From NCBI GenBank assembly GCA_963847185.1, contig CAWJYV010000001.1:128001-192000 (forward strand): a stretch of 64,000 nt of DNA, in the 5' to 3' direction. Each line of letters opens with the position of its first letter. Position 1 is the first letter of the stretch. A program made the position numbers and the translations under genes. Source of the stretch: an uncultured Methanosarcinaceae archaeon. Lineage in GTDB: Archaea > Halobacteriota > Methanosarcinia > Methanosarcinales > Methanosarcinaceae. Positions 1-11,108 of the stretch are shown here, one piece after another. The notes under the pieces are model-generated. The model saw only the letters and a program-made list of their open reading frames with translations. It did not search any database and was not told the origin of the DNA.

Positions 1-101
1 AGAAGCTATGCTTGTTCAACCTCAATCTCATATTTCGGTCAGTTTTAACAGTACGTGGCTTCTGTGACATATTAAGTTTGGTGAACAAGTTCTAGCATTG
101 T

Positions 102-1838
102 TCAATTGATTGCAGGATTTGATGCTTGATTATCTTTTTCTGTTACTGTGAATTTTATAGTAAATTCCGTCCCCTTGTTTATTTTCAGTTCAAGTTCACC
201 ATCTAACTGGTCTACAAGGGAAGTTACTAGTTGAAGCCCAAGACTACCAATCTCTTCAATATCAAGGTTTTTAGGAATGCCTACACCATTGTCTGAAACG
301 GTCAGAGTAAAACTGGTACTTTTAGGGCCTTCCTTTTCGTATTCTTCGTTTTCGTCTCTCTGGAGTTCAATTCGAATTTCACCTTCATTTTTGCCGGGAA
401 ATGCATACTTGAGGGAATTTGAAACTAGCTCATTAATAATAATGCCTAATGGAACTGCATAATCCATATCAAAGAAAATATTTTCTTCCAGATCCAGATT
501 TAAGCTGATGTTTGAATTTCTGAGCCTATATGTCTGGAAGAGATTTTCAGCTAGTTCCTCAATATACAGAGAAAAGTTAAGTGTGTCGAGACCTTCACTT
601 TTGTGTAGTTCCTCATGGATAAGAGCCATGGATATTACTCTGTCCTGGCTTTCCCTAAAAGCTTCCATAACTTCTGAATTCATTATGAATTCTCTGTTAC
701 CGAATTTTTCCGCCCGAAGATCAAGAAGTGACGAGATAACCTGAAGGTTATTTTTAATGCGATGGTGAATTTCCCTTTTGCGGGCAGCTACGATATTTAA
801 AAATGCTTTCTCAGCTTCTTTTTTTTCTGTAATATCCTGAACTATCCCCTTTATTTGGACAGGGATACTATTTTTGTCAAAGATAATCTGGGATTTCATA
901 TGGACAGTACGTTCTTCCCCATTGGCCCGACTTATTCTATAATCAATGCTATAGGGCTTTCCATTCATAGCTCTATTAGCAGCATTATTGACATAATCCC
1001 TATCGTCTGGGTGTATATAACTTAAAAACTCTTGATAAGTTGGGTACGGTTCGTGAGGACCACGTCCGAAAATACGATATAGTTCATCAGACCAGTATGA
1101 TTTATCAGTTGCAATAGTCCACTCCCAGTGGCCAATGTGAGCCATTTCTTGAGCTTCAGCAAGACGTTTTTCACTTTCTTTCAATGAGTGATAAGCCTTC
1201 TCAAGCTCTGCTGTACGCTCTTTTACTTTCTCTTCTAGATTTTGATGTGCTTTTTTAAGGGCTTCCTCGGCTTTTTTTTGCTTGGTAATATCATGGTAAG
1301 TGCAGATTATCCTGTATATGTGGCCTTCTTCATTCAGGATCGGTTCGGCGCTTATCAGCATCCAAGTAAGTTCTTTCTTCCTAGGATTTCGCACAGCGAC
1401 GAGCTGGTCTTTCACAGGCTTACCAGTCATTACGGCTTTCCTAACTGGATGATTGTCGATACGAAGCAGTTTACCATCCTCTCCATAGACTTCCCATTGG
1501 CTCCAGTCCTGACTATTAACATTTAGAATATCGAGTTCGTTATCTAGGCCGAACATCTGCATTAATGTTGGGTTGACCACTGCGAACATGCCGATCTCAT
1601 CGATAAGTGCAACTCCGGATTTCACGTTCTGGAGTAGCACCCGGAACTGGTCTTCGCTATAGCGAAGGGTTTCTAGATCTTTCTTACGCTCTTCCTCAGC
1701 CCTTTTGCATTCAGTGATATCCCTGTTTAGTGCTACTATCTGGACACACAAATCTCCATTAGCCTTTTCCAATTCACCTATCCTTTTTCGCAATTGGATC
1801 TCTATTTCATCCTTATCCGAAGAGTTAAAAAAAGTCAT
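102..1838 (-). CDS. PAS/PAC sensor histidine kinase (HisKA_2 type)
   Basis: Two PAS/PAC-like segments, H-box REIHHRIKNNLQVISSLLDL, HATPase motifs NELVSNSLKYAF, DNGVG and GSLGLQLV. Confidence 0.92.
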   Translation of the reverse strand: MTFFNSSDKDEIEIQLRKRIGELEKANGDLCVQIVALNRDITECKRAEEERKKDLETLRYSEDQFRVLLQNVKSGVALIDEIGMFAVVNPTLMQMFGLDNELDILNVNSQDWSQWEVYGEDGKLLRIDNHPVRKAVMTGKPVKDQLVAVRNPRKKELTWMLISAEPILNEEGHIYRIICTYHDITKQKKAEEALKKAHQNLEEKVKERTAELEKAYHSLKESEKRLAEAQEMAHIGHWEWTIATDKSYWSDELYRIFGRGPHEPYPTYQEFLSYIHPDDRDYVNNAANRAMNGKPYSIDYRISRANGEERTVHMKSQIIFDKNSIPVQIKGIVQDITEKKEAEKAFLNIVAARKREIHHRIKNNLQVISSLLDLRAEKFGNREFIMNSEVMEAFRESQDRVISMALIHEELHKSEGLDTLNFSLYIEELAENLFQTYRLRNSNISLNLDLEENIFFDMDYAVPLGIIINELVSNSLKYAFPGKNEGEIRIELQRDENEEYEKEGPKSTSFTLTVSDNGVGIPKNLDIEEIGSLGLQLVTSLVDQLDGELELKINKGTEFTIKFTVTEKDNQASNPAIN

Positions 1839-2313
1839 AATTCCCCAACCCTGCTTTAAAACAGGGCATAATACTTTTGTTAGATCCTCATTCGTCTGAT
1901 ACTATTGTCTAATAGATTTGACCTTAATATGATACTAAACAGATCCCAATAATGCCTAATTACAAATTAATTCTTCATTCGTTATTTATACAATTGTTCT
2001 ATAATAGAATATCACATACTAAAAAGCTATCTGGATACCATTTTCAAATCTCACAGAGCCTCTACACACAATTAAAAATAGCCACCTTACATCTTTTATT
2101 TTGAATAGAGCAGTCCTATTGGACAGCGTCAGCCTTGCGGGCATCTTTACAGTCAACCCCAGCTCAAACATTGCCAATTCAAGCCAACAGCTTCCTCAAC
2201 TTTCTTATTTCTAATTATATTTTCTAAACATGGTTAAAAAATCAGCTACTTTTTAAGTTTATTAATGGAAATAATACGGAAAATTATAAACCTTATCGAA
2301 AAGAAGATTAATC

Positions 2314-2877
2314 ATGAAACAATCAATCGGCGCAAAGACACTTGCTTTTCCGACACCTACATGGGTTGTCGGGACTTATGACATGAATGGAAAACCCAAT
2401 GCAATGACTGTAGCCTGGGCAGGAATCTGCTGTTCAAATCCTCCCTGTATCACTGTGTCCTTAAGAAAAGCGACTTACAGCTATGCAGGCATCATGGAAA
2501 ACAAGGCGTTTACTGTAAGTATCCCCTCAGAGGATTATGTGAAACAAGCCGATTACTTCGGTATCGCAAGTGGAAGGGATGAGGACAAGTTCGAAGCAGC
2601 CTGTCTTACCCCGGCGAGAAGTGAGCTTGTACCTGCCCCTTATGTAGGGGAGTTCCCTGTTATCCTTGAATGCAAGCTTCTCCACAGCATTGAAGTAGGG
2701 CTTCACACCATGTTTATAGGAGAGATAGTTGATATCAAGGCCGAAGAATCCGTACTCGATGAGAACGGAAACCCTGATATAGAGAAGATCAGACCTGTTA
2801 TTTACGGGACAGGAAATAGAAGTTACTACAGCATCGGATGTAATCTTGGGAAAGCTTTCTCAATAGGGAAAGAGTGA
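2314..2877 (+). CDS. Flavoredoxin / flavin reductase-like FMN-binding protein
   Basis: [10 protein letters not shown]...NAMTVAW, ECKL...[10 protein letters not shown] motifs. Confidence 0.88.
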   Translation: MKQSIGAKTLAFPTPTWVVGTYDMNGKPNAMTVAWAGICCSNPPCITVSLRKATYSYAGIMENKAFTVSIPSEDYVKQADYFGIASGRDEDKFEAACLTPARSELVPAPYVGEFPVILECKLLHSIEVGLHTMFIGEIVDIKAEESVLDENGNPDIEKIRPVIYGTGNRSYYSIGCNLGKAFSIGKE

Positions 2878-3089
2878 TAAACTCTAATAAATTGTAATAT
2901 ATATTATACCAAGGACTTATAAAAATTCCAATGAGGTCTGAAATTAGAAAGATTCATCAGGTTATCGGAGAGGCTCATAAGGTTATTACTAATTCATCTC
3001 TTTCAGGCCTTTAACCCTATTCTTCGACCCTTAATCCTATTATTTTCTACTTACTTATATTCCTGACTTTAATCTATAATTCCTGCCCT

Positions 3090-4292
3090 TTACCCTTTTC
3101 CAAAAGCCTTTTTCGCCATTAATCTCCATCCCTTGAAATCTTTTCCCTCAAATTCTTTTGTGATAGCTTCAAGCAGGACTTGTATATCCAGATGTTGAGG
3201 GCATTTTTCAAGGCACTGTTCACACTTCACACACTGGGAAGCATAACCTGGGATGTCACCTCTAATTATTCCACCGGGCTTTGCTGCATACATGAGTTTT
3301 GCTTCTCTTTCATTCCCTGAAAGGTAGAAGTTATCGTAGATCTCAAAACAACTTGGAATGTCTACTCCTGAAGGACAGGGCATACAGTATCTGCAGCCTG
3401 TGCAACCTGTTTTCATGAGTCCCCTGTATTTCTGTTCAACTTTCTTAACAAGCCCCAATTCAGTATTTGTCAGAGAATTCGGATAAGCTTCATTTGCTAT
3501 TTTCAGGTTTTCTTCGATCTGGGATTCTTCGTTCATCCCTGAAAGCACAACAGTCACTTCCGGGTGATTCCAGATCCAGCGAAGGGCCCATTCTACAGGC
3601 GTCCGTTCCACTGCTGCCACATTCCAGATCTCCTGTACTGCAGGAGGAATGGGACTTGTCAGCTTACCTCCTCGAAGAGGCTCCATGATAATAACTCCCA
3701 GGCCTTTTGAAGCAGCATATTCCAGTCCTTCTGTTCCGGCCTGGTTTTTTTCATCCAGGAAGTTGTACTGGATCTGACAGAAAATCCAGGGGTACGCATC
3801 CACTATTCGCTTAAAATCGTCAACTGAGCCGTGGAAAGAAAAACCTGCATTTAATATGCGTCCGTCCTCTCTGGCTCTTTCAAGAAAATCGAGAACATTG
3901 AGTTTTTCCATTTTGTCCCACAGAGCTCCCACAAGCCCATGGACCAGATAATAATCTATATGGTCTGTCCTGAGCCTCTCAAGCTGGGCATTCAGGATCC
4001 TATCCATATCTTCCTGACTTTTAACAGTCCAGGAGGGAAGCTTTGTGGCAACCTTAACTTTTTCTCTATAACCGTCAGCAAGAGTTCGACCCAGGAAAGG
4101 TTCACTTTCTCCCATGTGGTATGGCCATGCTGTGTCAATGTAATTTACTCCGTGGTCGATTGCATAACGTACCTGTTTTGTGGCTCTTTCTTCATCTATC
4201 TTTCCTTCTTTGAGGGGAAGGCGCATGCACCCGAACCCAAGTATTGAAAGCTCGTCTCCATTTTTAGGTATTTTTCTATACAGCATTTCCAT
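3090..4292 (-). CDS. Aldo/keto reductase with C-terminal 4Fe-4S dicluster domain
   Basis: LGFGCMRLP, DTAWPYH, TKLP, QIQYN, MEPLRGG, CTGCRYCMPCP and CVKCEQCLEKCP. Start moved to MEMLYRK (ATG at 4292) because the track's longer N-terminus overlaps the upstream paralog. Confidence 0.9.
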   Translation of the reverse strand: MEMLYRKIPKNGDELSILGFGCMRLPLKEGKIDEERATKQVRYAIDHGVNYIDTAWPYHMGESEPFLGRTLADGYREKVKVATKLPSWTVKSQEDMDRILNAQLERLRTDHIDYYLVHGLVGALWDKMEKLNVLDFLERAREDGRILNAGFSFHGSVDDFKRIVDAYPWIFCQIQYNFLDEKNQAGTEGLEYAASKGLGVIIMEPLRGGKLTSPIPPAVQEIWNVAAVERTPVEWALRWIWNHPEVTVVLSGMNEESQIEENLKIANEAYPNSLTNTELGLVKKVEQKYRGLMKTGCTGCRYCMPCPSGVDIPSCFEIYDNFYLSGNEREAKLMYAAKPGGIIRGDIPGYASQCVKCEQCLEKCPQHLDIQVLLEAITKEFEGKDFKGWRLMAKKAFGKG

Positions 4293-4342
4293 TACCCGTT
4301 TTAACTTATTTCTCTGCTTTCTCTTTAAATGTCCTATATACT

Positions 4343-5596
4343 TTAAACACTTTTTATATCTAAAATAGTTTTTAACTTTCGATTCTTTCCGAATCTTTCT
4401 CTTGCAGCTTCTTTCCAAATCTGGATATCAGGCCCTTCGAACCTTTCTGAAATTGTTTTAAGCAGAGAAGGTATATCCAGGTGTTGAGGACATTTTTCAA
4501 GACATTGACCGCACTGCACACACTGAGATGCATAGCTTGGGACGTCGCCTCTTATTATTCCCCCAGGCTCTGCTGCGTACATGATTTTTGCTTCTTTTTC
4601 ATCTCCTGAAAGGTAGAAGTTGTCGTAGATCTCAAAACAGCTTGGAATGTCTACTCCTGATGGACAGGGCATACAGTATCTGCATCCCGTACATCCTGTG
4701 TTCATAAGTTCTCTGTACTTCTTTTCTACTTTATCTACAATATGAAGTTCAGCTTCAGTCAGAGAATTCGGATAAGCTTCATTTGCTATTTTCAGGTTTT
4801 CCTCTAGATGGGATTCCTCGTTCATACCTGAGAGCACAACTGTAACTTCTGGATGGTTCCAGACCCAGCGGAAAGCCCATTCTGCAGGTGTCCGTTCTAC
4901 AGGTGTTTCTTCCCAGATCTTTTTAACCCCAGAAGGTATTAAATTTATAAGCCTGCCTCCTCGCAGGGGTTCCATTACAATAATACCCAGACCTCTTGAA
5001 GCAGCATACTTGAGCCCTTCAATTCCAGCCTGATTCATTCTATCCATGAAACTGTACTGAATCTGACAAAAAGTCCAGGGATATGCATCAATAATTCGTT
5101 TAAAATCCTCAATTGACCCATGAAATGAAAAGCCAGCGTTTGTAATCCGTCCGTCAGCTTTTGCCCTGTCAAGAAAGTTTAAAACATCAAGCTTCTCAAG
5201 CTTATCCCAAAGAGCTCCAACAAGTGCGTGTACAAGATAGTAATCTATATGATCCGTCCTGAGCCTTTTAAGCTGAGAATTGAGAATTCTGTCCATATCT
5301 TCCCTGCTTTTTATTGCCCATGAAGGAAGTTTTGTGGCGAGCTTAACCTTTTCCCGGTAGCCATCGGCAAGAATCCGACCAAGAAAAGGTTCGTTCTCTC
5401 CTAAATGGTACGTCCAAGCTGTATCAATGTAATTGATTCCGTGGTCGATTGAATAAAGAATTTGTCTCTTTGCTCTTTCCTCATCAATCTTGCCATCTTT
5501 GACAGAAAGCCTCATGCACCCAAAACCCAGTATGGAAAGTTCGTCCCCATTGCCTGGAATCCTTCTGTAAAGTATCCACTTCCCCCCATCTCCCAT
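4343..5596 (-). CDS. Aldo/keto reductase with 4Fe-4S domain (tandem paralog)
   Basis: Same motifs as 3090..4292 and highly similar sequence; tandem duplication. Confidence 0.9.
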   Translation of the reverse strand: MGDGGKWILYRRIPGNGDELSILGFGCMRLSVKDGKIDEERAKRQILYSIDHGINYIDTAWTYHLGENEPFLGRILADGYREKVKLATKLPSWAIKSREDMDRILNSQLKRLRTDHIDYYLVHALVGALWDKLEKLDVLNFLDRAKADGRITNAGFSFHGSIEDFKRIIDAYPWTFCQIQYSFMDRMNQAGIEGLKYAASRGLGIIVMEPLRGGRLINLIPSGVKKIWEETPVERTPAEWAFRWVWNHPEVTVVLSGMNEESHLEENLKIANEAYPNSLTEAELHIVDKVEKKYRELMNTGCTGCRYCMPCPSGVDIPSCFEIYDNFYLSGDEKEAKIMYAAEPGGIIRGDVPSYASQCVQCGQCLEKCPQHLDIPSLLKTISERFEGPDIQIWKEAARERFGKNRKLKTILDIKSV

Positions 5597-6043
5597 TTTC
5601 CCATTTTTCCATTAATTAAAATGAGGTCATTAATGTAATTATAGGTTCTCATTGGGGATAGGAAAGAATTAAAACACCTAAATTCCGGTAAAAATTGAAA
5701 ATTTAATTCAGAAATTTATTAGAGAGCTTATCTATACAAATCAAATCAACCAAATTAAGATTGCATGCTCAAGTACAAGATCAAAAGAACTTACGGTTCA
5801 GATACTGCACTGAATGTTACTGACTCAAATGCTGTGTTTGGATCATTACTTTCGGAGTCTGTTGGCTTTGTAATTTCATTGTTGCCGAAGTATAGTTCAT
5901 GCATTAAAAATTGGCACTTTATAAACTATGATTTTGTAGTTTTATAGTAACTCTTTCATCGGTCTTAAATGAAAAGGTGAACCGCAGAATACACGGAAAA
6001 CGCAGACTAGAGGAGTTTTGAGCACAGTTGTTTCTGCGCTTTC

Positions 6044-6140
6044 CACCCCGAATTTCGCTTCGGGATCACAGGAAATCGGAGATTTTCTAGGAGTTGCAAT
6101 GTAATCGCAACAGCACGATATCCTTTTCGTTGCGCTCAAG
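6044..6140 (+). repeat. Dispersed REP-like intergenic repeat, copy 1
   Basis: CACCCCGAATTTCGCTTCGGGA...GGAGATTTTCT.GGAGTTGCAATG.AATCGCAACAGCA...GCTCAAG; similar sequence at 10457-10554 and 24570-24625. Confidence 0.7.
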
Positions 6141-6332
6141 GGAGCGCCGTTAACTATACCCTAATAGTTACAAAAATATTAAAAATTTGATTTTTAGTCT
6201 ACAGTAAATTAACGACATTGATATGGAAAATCAAAAATGAATAATAACAATCCATGTAGTAAGAGCCTTTCGGAAATCTTTTGAAGTGATCCATAGGGCC
6301 TGGTCCATTTTATGTGATTTAGCACTGTACTA

Positions 6333-6494
6333 TCAAGTTACCTTAGTCAAGTTACCTTAGTAAGTTACCTTAGTCAAGTTACCTTAGTCAAGTTACCTTA
6401 GTCAAGTTACCTTAGTCAAGTTACCTTAGTCAAGTTACCTTAGTCAAGTTACCTTAGTCAAGTTACCTTAGTCAAGTTACCTTAGTCAAGTTAC
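6333..6494 (+). repeat. 14-bp tandem repeat (TCAAGTTACCTTAG) x ~11.6
   Basis: Read directly: 11 units (the third lacks a C) plus a partial unit; no spacers. Confidence 0.97.
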
Positions 6495-6827
6495 ATTTCT
6501 TCTTTGTACGTCTTCTTCATACATCAGGGACTAACCCTATGGACCAGTTATAATTATGTAAATAAAAGTATAAATATTAATTGTACAAATATAGTTTTTG
6601 ACAGTACTGTTATTTAATATCAGTGGCGACACGCAATATTAACAGTCGGCGCCCGAAAATAATGCTCAAAATGTGTATCTGAAATTAAAATGATCCCATG
6701 AAAACAATTACACGAGGCTCCTACCAGAGAAAAGTCAAAGATAAATATTCCCTGTGACAGGATCTGGAGCGATAACTGCCCAATCTTTTGATTTATTTAA
6801 GTCCAACAGCTTAAGCAGCATGTAAAA

Positions 6828-7081
6828 ACCGACCTTCCGTAGATGTCTTCAAAAAAATAACATTTTTCTTGTTATCGTTTTTGTAGAATTATTCGAAATT
6901 CTTCAGTTAGTATATCAACTGAAGCCTTGGAAAATGGGGGCTTGAAGTTTTCAATGAAAGCAAAAGGTCGAAAATTGCAGGATGTTTTAAAAAAATATGT
7001 TTAAGTGATCAAGAAGGTTTTAAGAAAAAACGATAGCAAGAAAAATTGAGAAAATTGTAAGGACATCTGCGGAAAGTGGGT
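6828..7081. mobile_element. MITE-like element, family A, copy 1
   Basis: Imperfect 20-bp TIRs ACCGACCTTCCGTAGATGTC / GACATCTGCGGAAAGTGGGT, sub-terminal inverted repeats; colinear copy at 18614-18865. Confidence 0.75.
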
Positions 7082-7141
7082 AAAAAGCATATAAACAAGA
7101 TAATTTTATAGTATGTAAAATGAGCAAACATTTCTTGAAAA

Positions 7142-7246
7142 TCAGCTCAGAAGTAGATGGTAGGGTTTTGAGTCCCTATTCTCAAGCCCTACCTGCGATC
7201 CAACCCAAAGATTAAGAGGAAACCCTATTACTCTTAATCTGTACAT
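7142..7246 (-). ncRNA. Candidate two-hairpin sRNA (also a 34-codon leaderless ORF), copy 1
   Basis: Stems AGATTAAGAG/CTCTTAATCT and GGTAGGGCTTGAG/CTCAAAACCCTACC, both loops contain AATAGGG; TATA-like element at ~7263-7272; near-identical copy at 54285-54389. Confidence 0.6.
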
Positions 7247-7432
7247 GTACTATAGCACGGTCGTATATATCATAATCGTTATGAAAGATTGTTTCTGATT
7301 TAGAGTTTCAATATATTTGAATAATTATATTATCTTGAAAATTTTAATGTAATTAAAATTTTAAATTACATAAGGACATTTTTAGAAACTTAGTCTCATT
7401 ATACACCTCGACTTTTGAAGATAAAATCAAAT

Positions 7433-8209
7433 TTAAAATTCAAGTTCAAGTCCAACAGGGCAGTGGTCCGATCCCGTAATCTCACTGTAAATCGGAGCAG
7501 ATTTTACATTATCTCGAAGATTTTCGCTGATGAAGAAGTAGTCCAGGCGCCAGCCAACATTTCTTTTGCGTGCACCTGTTCTTACTGACCACCAGGAGTA
7601 ATTTCCTCCTTCGCTGTTGAACATGCGGAAAGTATCAATATATCCGGCAGCAAGAAACCTGTCCATCCAGGCTCTTTCTTCAGGGAGAAAACCGGAAATA
7701 GTCTCATTTTCTCTGGGACGGGCCAGGTCGATTTCTTTATGGGCTGTGTTTACGTCTCCACAAACCACAATTTTTTTTCCTTCGTCTTTGAGGGCATTTG
7801 AATAATCAAAAAAAGCATCGTAAAAGTCCATTTTATAGTCAAGGCGCTCCTGAGAAGCTTTGCCGTTTGGGAAGTATATATTCATTAAAATGAAGTCTTC
7901 GTAATCGATCCTTAAAAAACGGCCCTCTCTGTCGAACTTCTCGATTCCCATACCATATTTTACATCAAGGGGTTTTCTTCTCGAAAAAACTCCTACTCCA
8001 CTGTAGCCGTTCTTTTCTGCTGAAACGAAAAAGTTGTAATAGCCTGGAATGTTTTTGACTTCTCTTGGGAGTTTGTCAGGAGAAGCTTTAGTTTCCTGGA
8101 TGCCGACAGTATCAAACTTCTGATCCAGCAAAAGGTCAAAAAAGCCTTTTTTTAGTACAGCCCGAAGGCCGTTTACGTTCCAGGAGACAAGGTTGTAGTG
8201 GCCAGACAT
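7433..8209 (-). CDS. xth: Exodeoxyribonuclease III (AP endonuclease)
   Basis: SWNVNGLRA, QETK, GYSGV, YFPNG, GDVNTAH, GWRLDY, GSDHCP. Confidence 0.96.
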   Translation of the reverse strand: MSGHYNLVSWNVNGLRAVLKKGFFDLLLDQKFDTVGIQETKASPDKLPREVKNIPGYYNFFVSAEKNGYSGVGVFSRRKPLDVKYGMGIEKFDREGRFLRIDYEDFILMNIYFPNGKASQERLDYKMDFYDAFFDYSNALKDEGKKIVVCGDVNTAHKEIDLARPRENETISGFLPEERAWMDRFLAAGYIDTFRMFNSEGGNYSWWSVRTGARKRNVGWRLDYFFISENLRDNVKSAPIYSEITGSDHCPVGLELEF

Positions 8210-8402
8210 TTCTATCCCACGTATGAAATTATTTGCTTATTATTCATAGAGTATTACCCAAAACATTTGGATGTTTATTCAGGGTATTATTCAGAATATT
8301 TAAGGATATCATAAAAATATTTTTAATCAAATCTGACACATTATGGAAATATCCCATATTTCAGATTTGATTATGAATTCCCTTTCTGGTTATTTGATTA
8401 TT

Positions 8403-10049
8403 TTATTTCCTTTTATGTAAAGCTACAACAAGCAGACCAGCTAGTCCGTAAATCATTTCAAAGCCAGGAGCACTGGTAGTTTTTTCGGAAGTGCTTGAAT
8501 TGTCCTTATTTTCAGACTGCGGTTCAACATCTGATGCTGTACTTCCAGTATCCTCTTTATTATCTTTAATCTCAGGCTTTACATCAGTTTGCTTTGCTAC
8601 AGACTTACCTGTTATTGCAAATGGAGAGAATCCAGGCGTTTCGGCTGCGAAATAAAGATATTCGTTATCTTCGCTGAGCAGGGTAGTTGGGAGTTCGTTC
8701 CATTTTGTATCATTGTACCTGTCAAGGATAATTGAAGATTGGTCAATACCTTTATCCTGTATCCAGGAATTTTCGACCTTGAAATATACTACCGCATTTT
8801 CGATGTTAGTTGGAGTTGCGTAACCGCTGCTTCCAACCCAGATGTTTATGAACTTATAGACTTCATCAGAAGGTGGCTCTGAAACCAGAGTAGACTGATT
8901 CTTTAACATCTCGGCTATAGTGGTTGTCTTGCCAACAGTCTTTTTTGAATCAAAGCTTATGTTCATAACAGGAGTGGCATTTTGTGGGAAATCAAACTCT
9001 GCAAGGTTCCCGTTTGAAATAAAAGTTTGGGAAATTTCTTTAGCCTCAACATTGCTTTGAGGTTCAGGAGAGGCACCAACTCCTCCACTACTGTGGCTAC
9101 TTCCTCCGCTGCTGTGGCTGCTTCCTCCATCATCACTGTCGTCGCTGTCATCGCTGTCATCACCTGAACTGCTCGCTTCTTCCACAATTATTGTTTTAGT
9201 TGCTGAGTTTATCCCGTACTCGTTGCTTACTGTGAGGGTAACCGGATATTCTCCTGCTGATAGATATGTGTGCACTGGGCTATACTCACTTGAATTAGTT
9301 CCGTCTCCAAAGTCCCAATAAAATGCATTTACATTTTGTGACAGATCAGTAAACTGTACAGTAAGCCCATTGGAAGTATCCGCTTCAAAGTCTGGTTCAG
9401 GAAGAACATTTCCCTGCTGTTCTCCTTGAACAACTATTTCTTGAGCTATTGCATCCCAGCCATTTATATTGTTCACTACCTCAACAACACGGTATTTTCC
9501 TGGTACATTGAAAGTGTATGTTGGGCTCTGCTCTGTAGAAGTAGCTTTGTTCCCAAAATACCATATATGTGAAGTTGCACCTGTGCTGTTATCAGTAAAT
9601 GATACCGTCAGGGGCGCATTTCCAGAAAGTGTAGATGCAGTAAACGCAGAAACCGGAAGACCGGTTGTGTTTTTGTTGGCAACTACATAAGCTATTTTTT
9701 TGAGTGTAGCGTTCCCTGTTGGCCCTGAGACAACCAGTGTCACATTGAAAACTCCATAAACACCAGTGCGTCCAAATGTGTGTTTAGTAGTTCCCGGTGA
9801 GCTGCTATATGAAGACTTGTTGAATTGGGTATTATGAAACGCCCAAAGCCAATTAGTTACTTCACCAGTGACGTTAGCAGTTATCCTGGCATCTAAAGGA
9901 ATAGTCCCTTTTGTAACATTACAAGTAAAGTCATTGATCACTGTCACATTATCTACTGCCGAAGCTATTTGAATTGATGATATAACCGCTAAAGTTGCTG
10001 GCATTAATAATATAATTAATAAAACTATAGACGAAATATGTTTTTTCAT
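8403..10049 (-). CDS. Cell-surface protein with PKD domains, PGF-pre-PGF domain and PGF-CTERM sorting signal
   Basis: Signal peptide, WDFGDG PKD motif, Asp/Ser/Gly linker, ETPGFSPFAITG, C-terminal APGF + TM + HKRK. Confidence 0.92.
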   Translation of the reverse strand: MKKHISSIVLLIILLMPATLAVISSIQIASAVDNVTVINDFTCNVTKGTIPLDARITANVTGEVTNWLWAFHNTQFNKSSYSSSPGTTKHTFGRTGVYGVFNVTLVVSGPTGNATLKKIAYVVANKNTTGLPVSAFTASTLSGNAPLTVSFTDNSTGATSHIWYFGNKATSTEQSPTYTFNVPGKYRVVEVVNNINGWDAIAQEIVVQGEQQGNVLPEPDFEADTSNGLTVQFTDLSQNVNAFYWDFGDGTNSSEYSPVHTYLSAGEYPVTLTVSNEYGINSATKTIIVEEASSSGDDSDDSDDSDDGGSSHSSGGSSHSSGGVGASPEPQSNVEAKEISQTFISNGNLAEFDFPQNATPVMNISFDSKKTVGKTTTIAEMLKNQSTLVSEPPSDEVYKFINIWVGSSGYATPTNIENAVVYFKVENSWIQDKGIDQSSIILDRYNDTKWNELPTTLLSEDNEYLYFAAETPGFSPFAITGKSVAKQTDVKPEIKDNKEDTGSTASDVEPQSENKDNSSTSEKTTSAPGFEMIYGLAGLLVVALHKRK

Positions 10050-10456
10050 ATCAATTTCTCCTTAGAACTGAATTAACTGAGGTTTAAAAGAATGGAAGTA
10101 TAATATACATTATGATCCCGGCAACTTGAAGTTTTGTACAATCGATTTTCAGCTATACAACCGACTTTCAGCTGAGTTGCCTGAGTTCTGCTTATATGAG
10201 TGTCTTTCAGCTGTCTGTTGGCTGATAGTCTCAAATCAACTAATTTACATATAAACTTATTTTTTTAATTCGAAAGCCAATCATCTATTTTAATTATTTG
10301 GGTTATTATTTGCTTATTCTTAGAACTTTAGAATAATCTTTGAAGCTCAGTGTCATGTCAATACTCCATGATTCAATAATTGTGAATTACGATCAATTTT
10401 ATGCAATATTTTGCTATTACGAAACGCTAGTGCATCGATTCCAAAGTCTGTTTTCT

Positions 10457-10554
10457 CACCCCGAATTGCACCTCGGGATGATTGGAGATTTTCTGGGAGT
10501 TGCAATGCAATCGCAACAGCATGGGGTCTGTTTCGCTTCACTCAAGAGGACTAA
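10457..10554 (+). repeat. Dispersed REP-like intergenic repeat, copy 2
   Basis: Similar to 6044-6140; ends TTCGCTTCACTCAAGAGGACTAA, as at 24570-24625. Confidence 0.7.
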
Positions 10555-11108
10555 CTCTAACTTATGAATACATTTCTTCCGCATTTTCGGGGGTTATAGA
10601 GTTTAGAGCAATTATCCATGCGATCCTCTTCTTCTCTGCCTATCCTTTCATAAAGATGTAATCTTTTTCTTTTATCCTGAAGACCAATTTCCTTCGAATT
10701 TTGCTGGCAGAAATGACCATAAATATATATGTGGGTTGTTCAAAATAGCTACAAATAGCAGGGCAGAAATAATCCAAATTCTTATTTTAATGGATCCTGC
10801 TCACAAATAAGAAAGACATTTAAGATTATTCGTAACATGTATTACAAATTTCATATTGACCTTTATTTACTGGGTAAGAAACTCTCAGATAAGCTATGAA
10901 ATTCTTCGAAAAAATAAAAATAACATCGTAAAAAATAATCTATAATTCTATAGCTTTATTGGAAGCTCCTTCGGTTCCCGTTCCTACATTTTTGGTTTGA
11001 GGGATTTAAATCTCTCAGCTTTGTTATTGACAAATAAGATGAAAAAGGCTGGTATTCGAAGTGGCCTTATGGTAACACTTTGCCAGGTGGCAGAGGAGGT
11101 TTGTTAAA

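Noticed and set aside
57-2060. Composite transposon around the first kinase (GGCTTCTGTGAC ... CTCACAGAGCC)
   Set aside because: The match is short and gapped with no TSD, and the left motif is better explained by the ~90-bp repeat family
6333-6494. CRISPR array
   Set aside because: Repeats are 14 bp and directly adjacent, with no spacers, and there are no cas genes in the window
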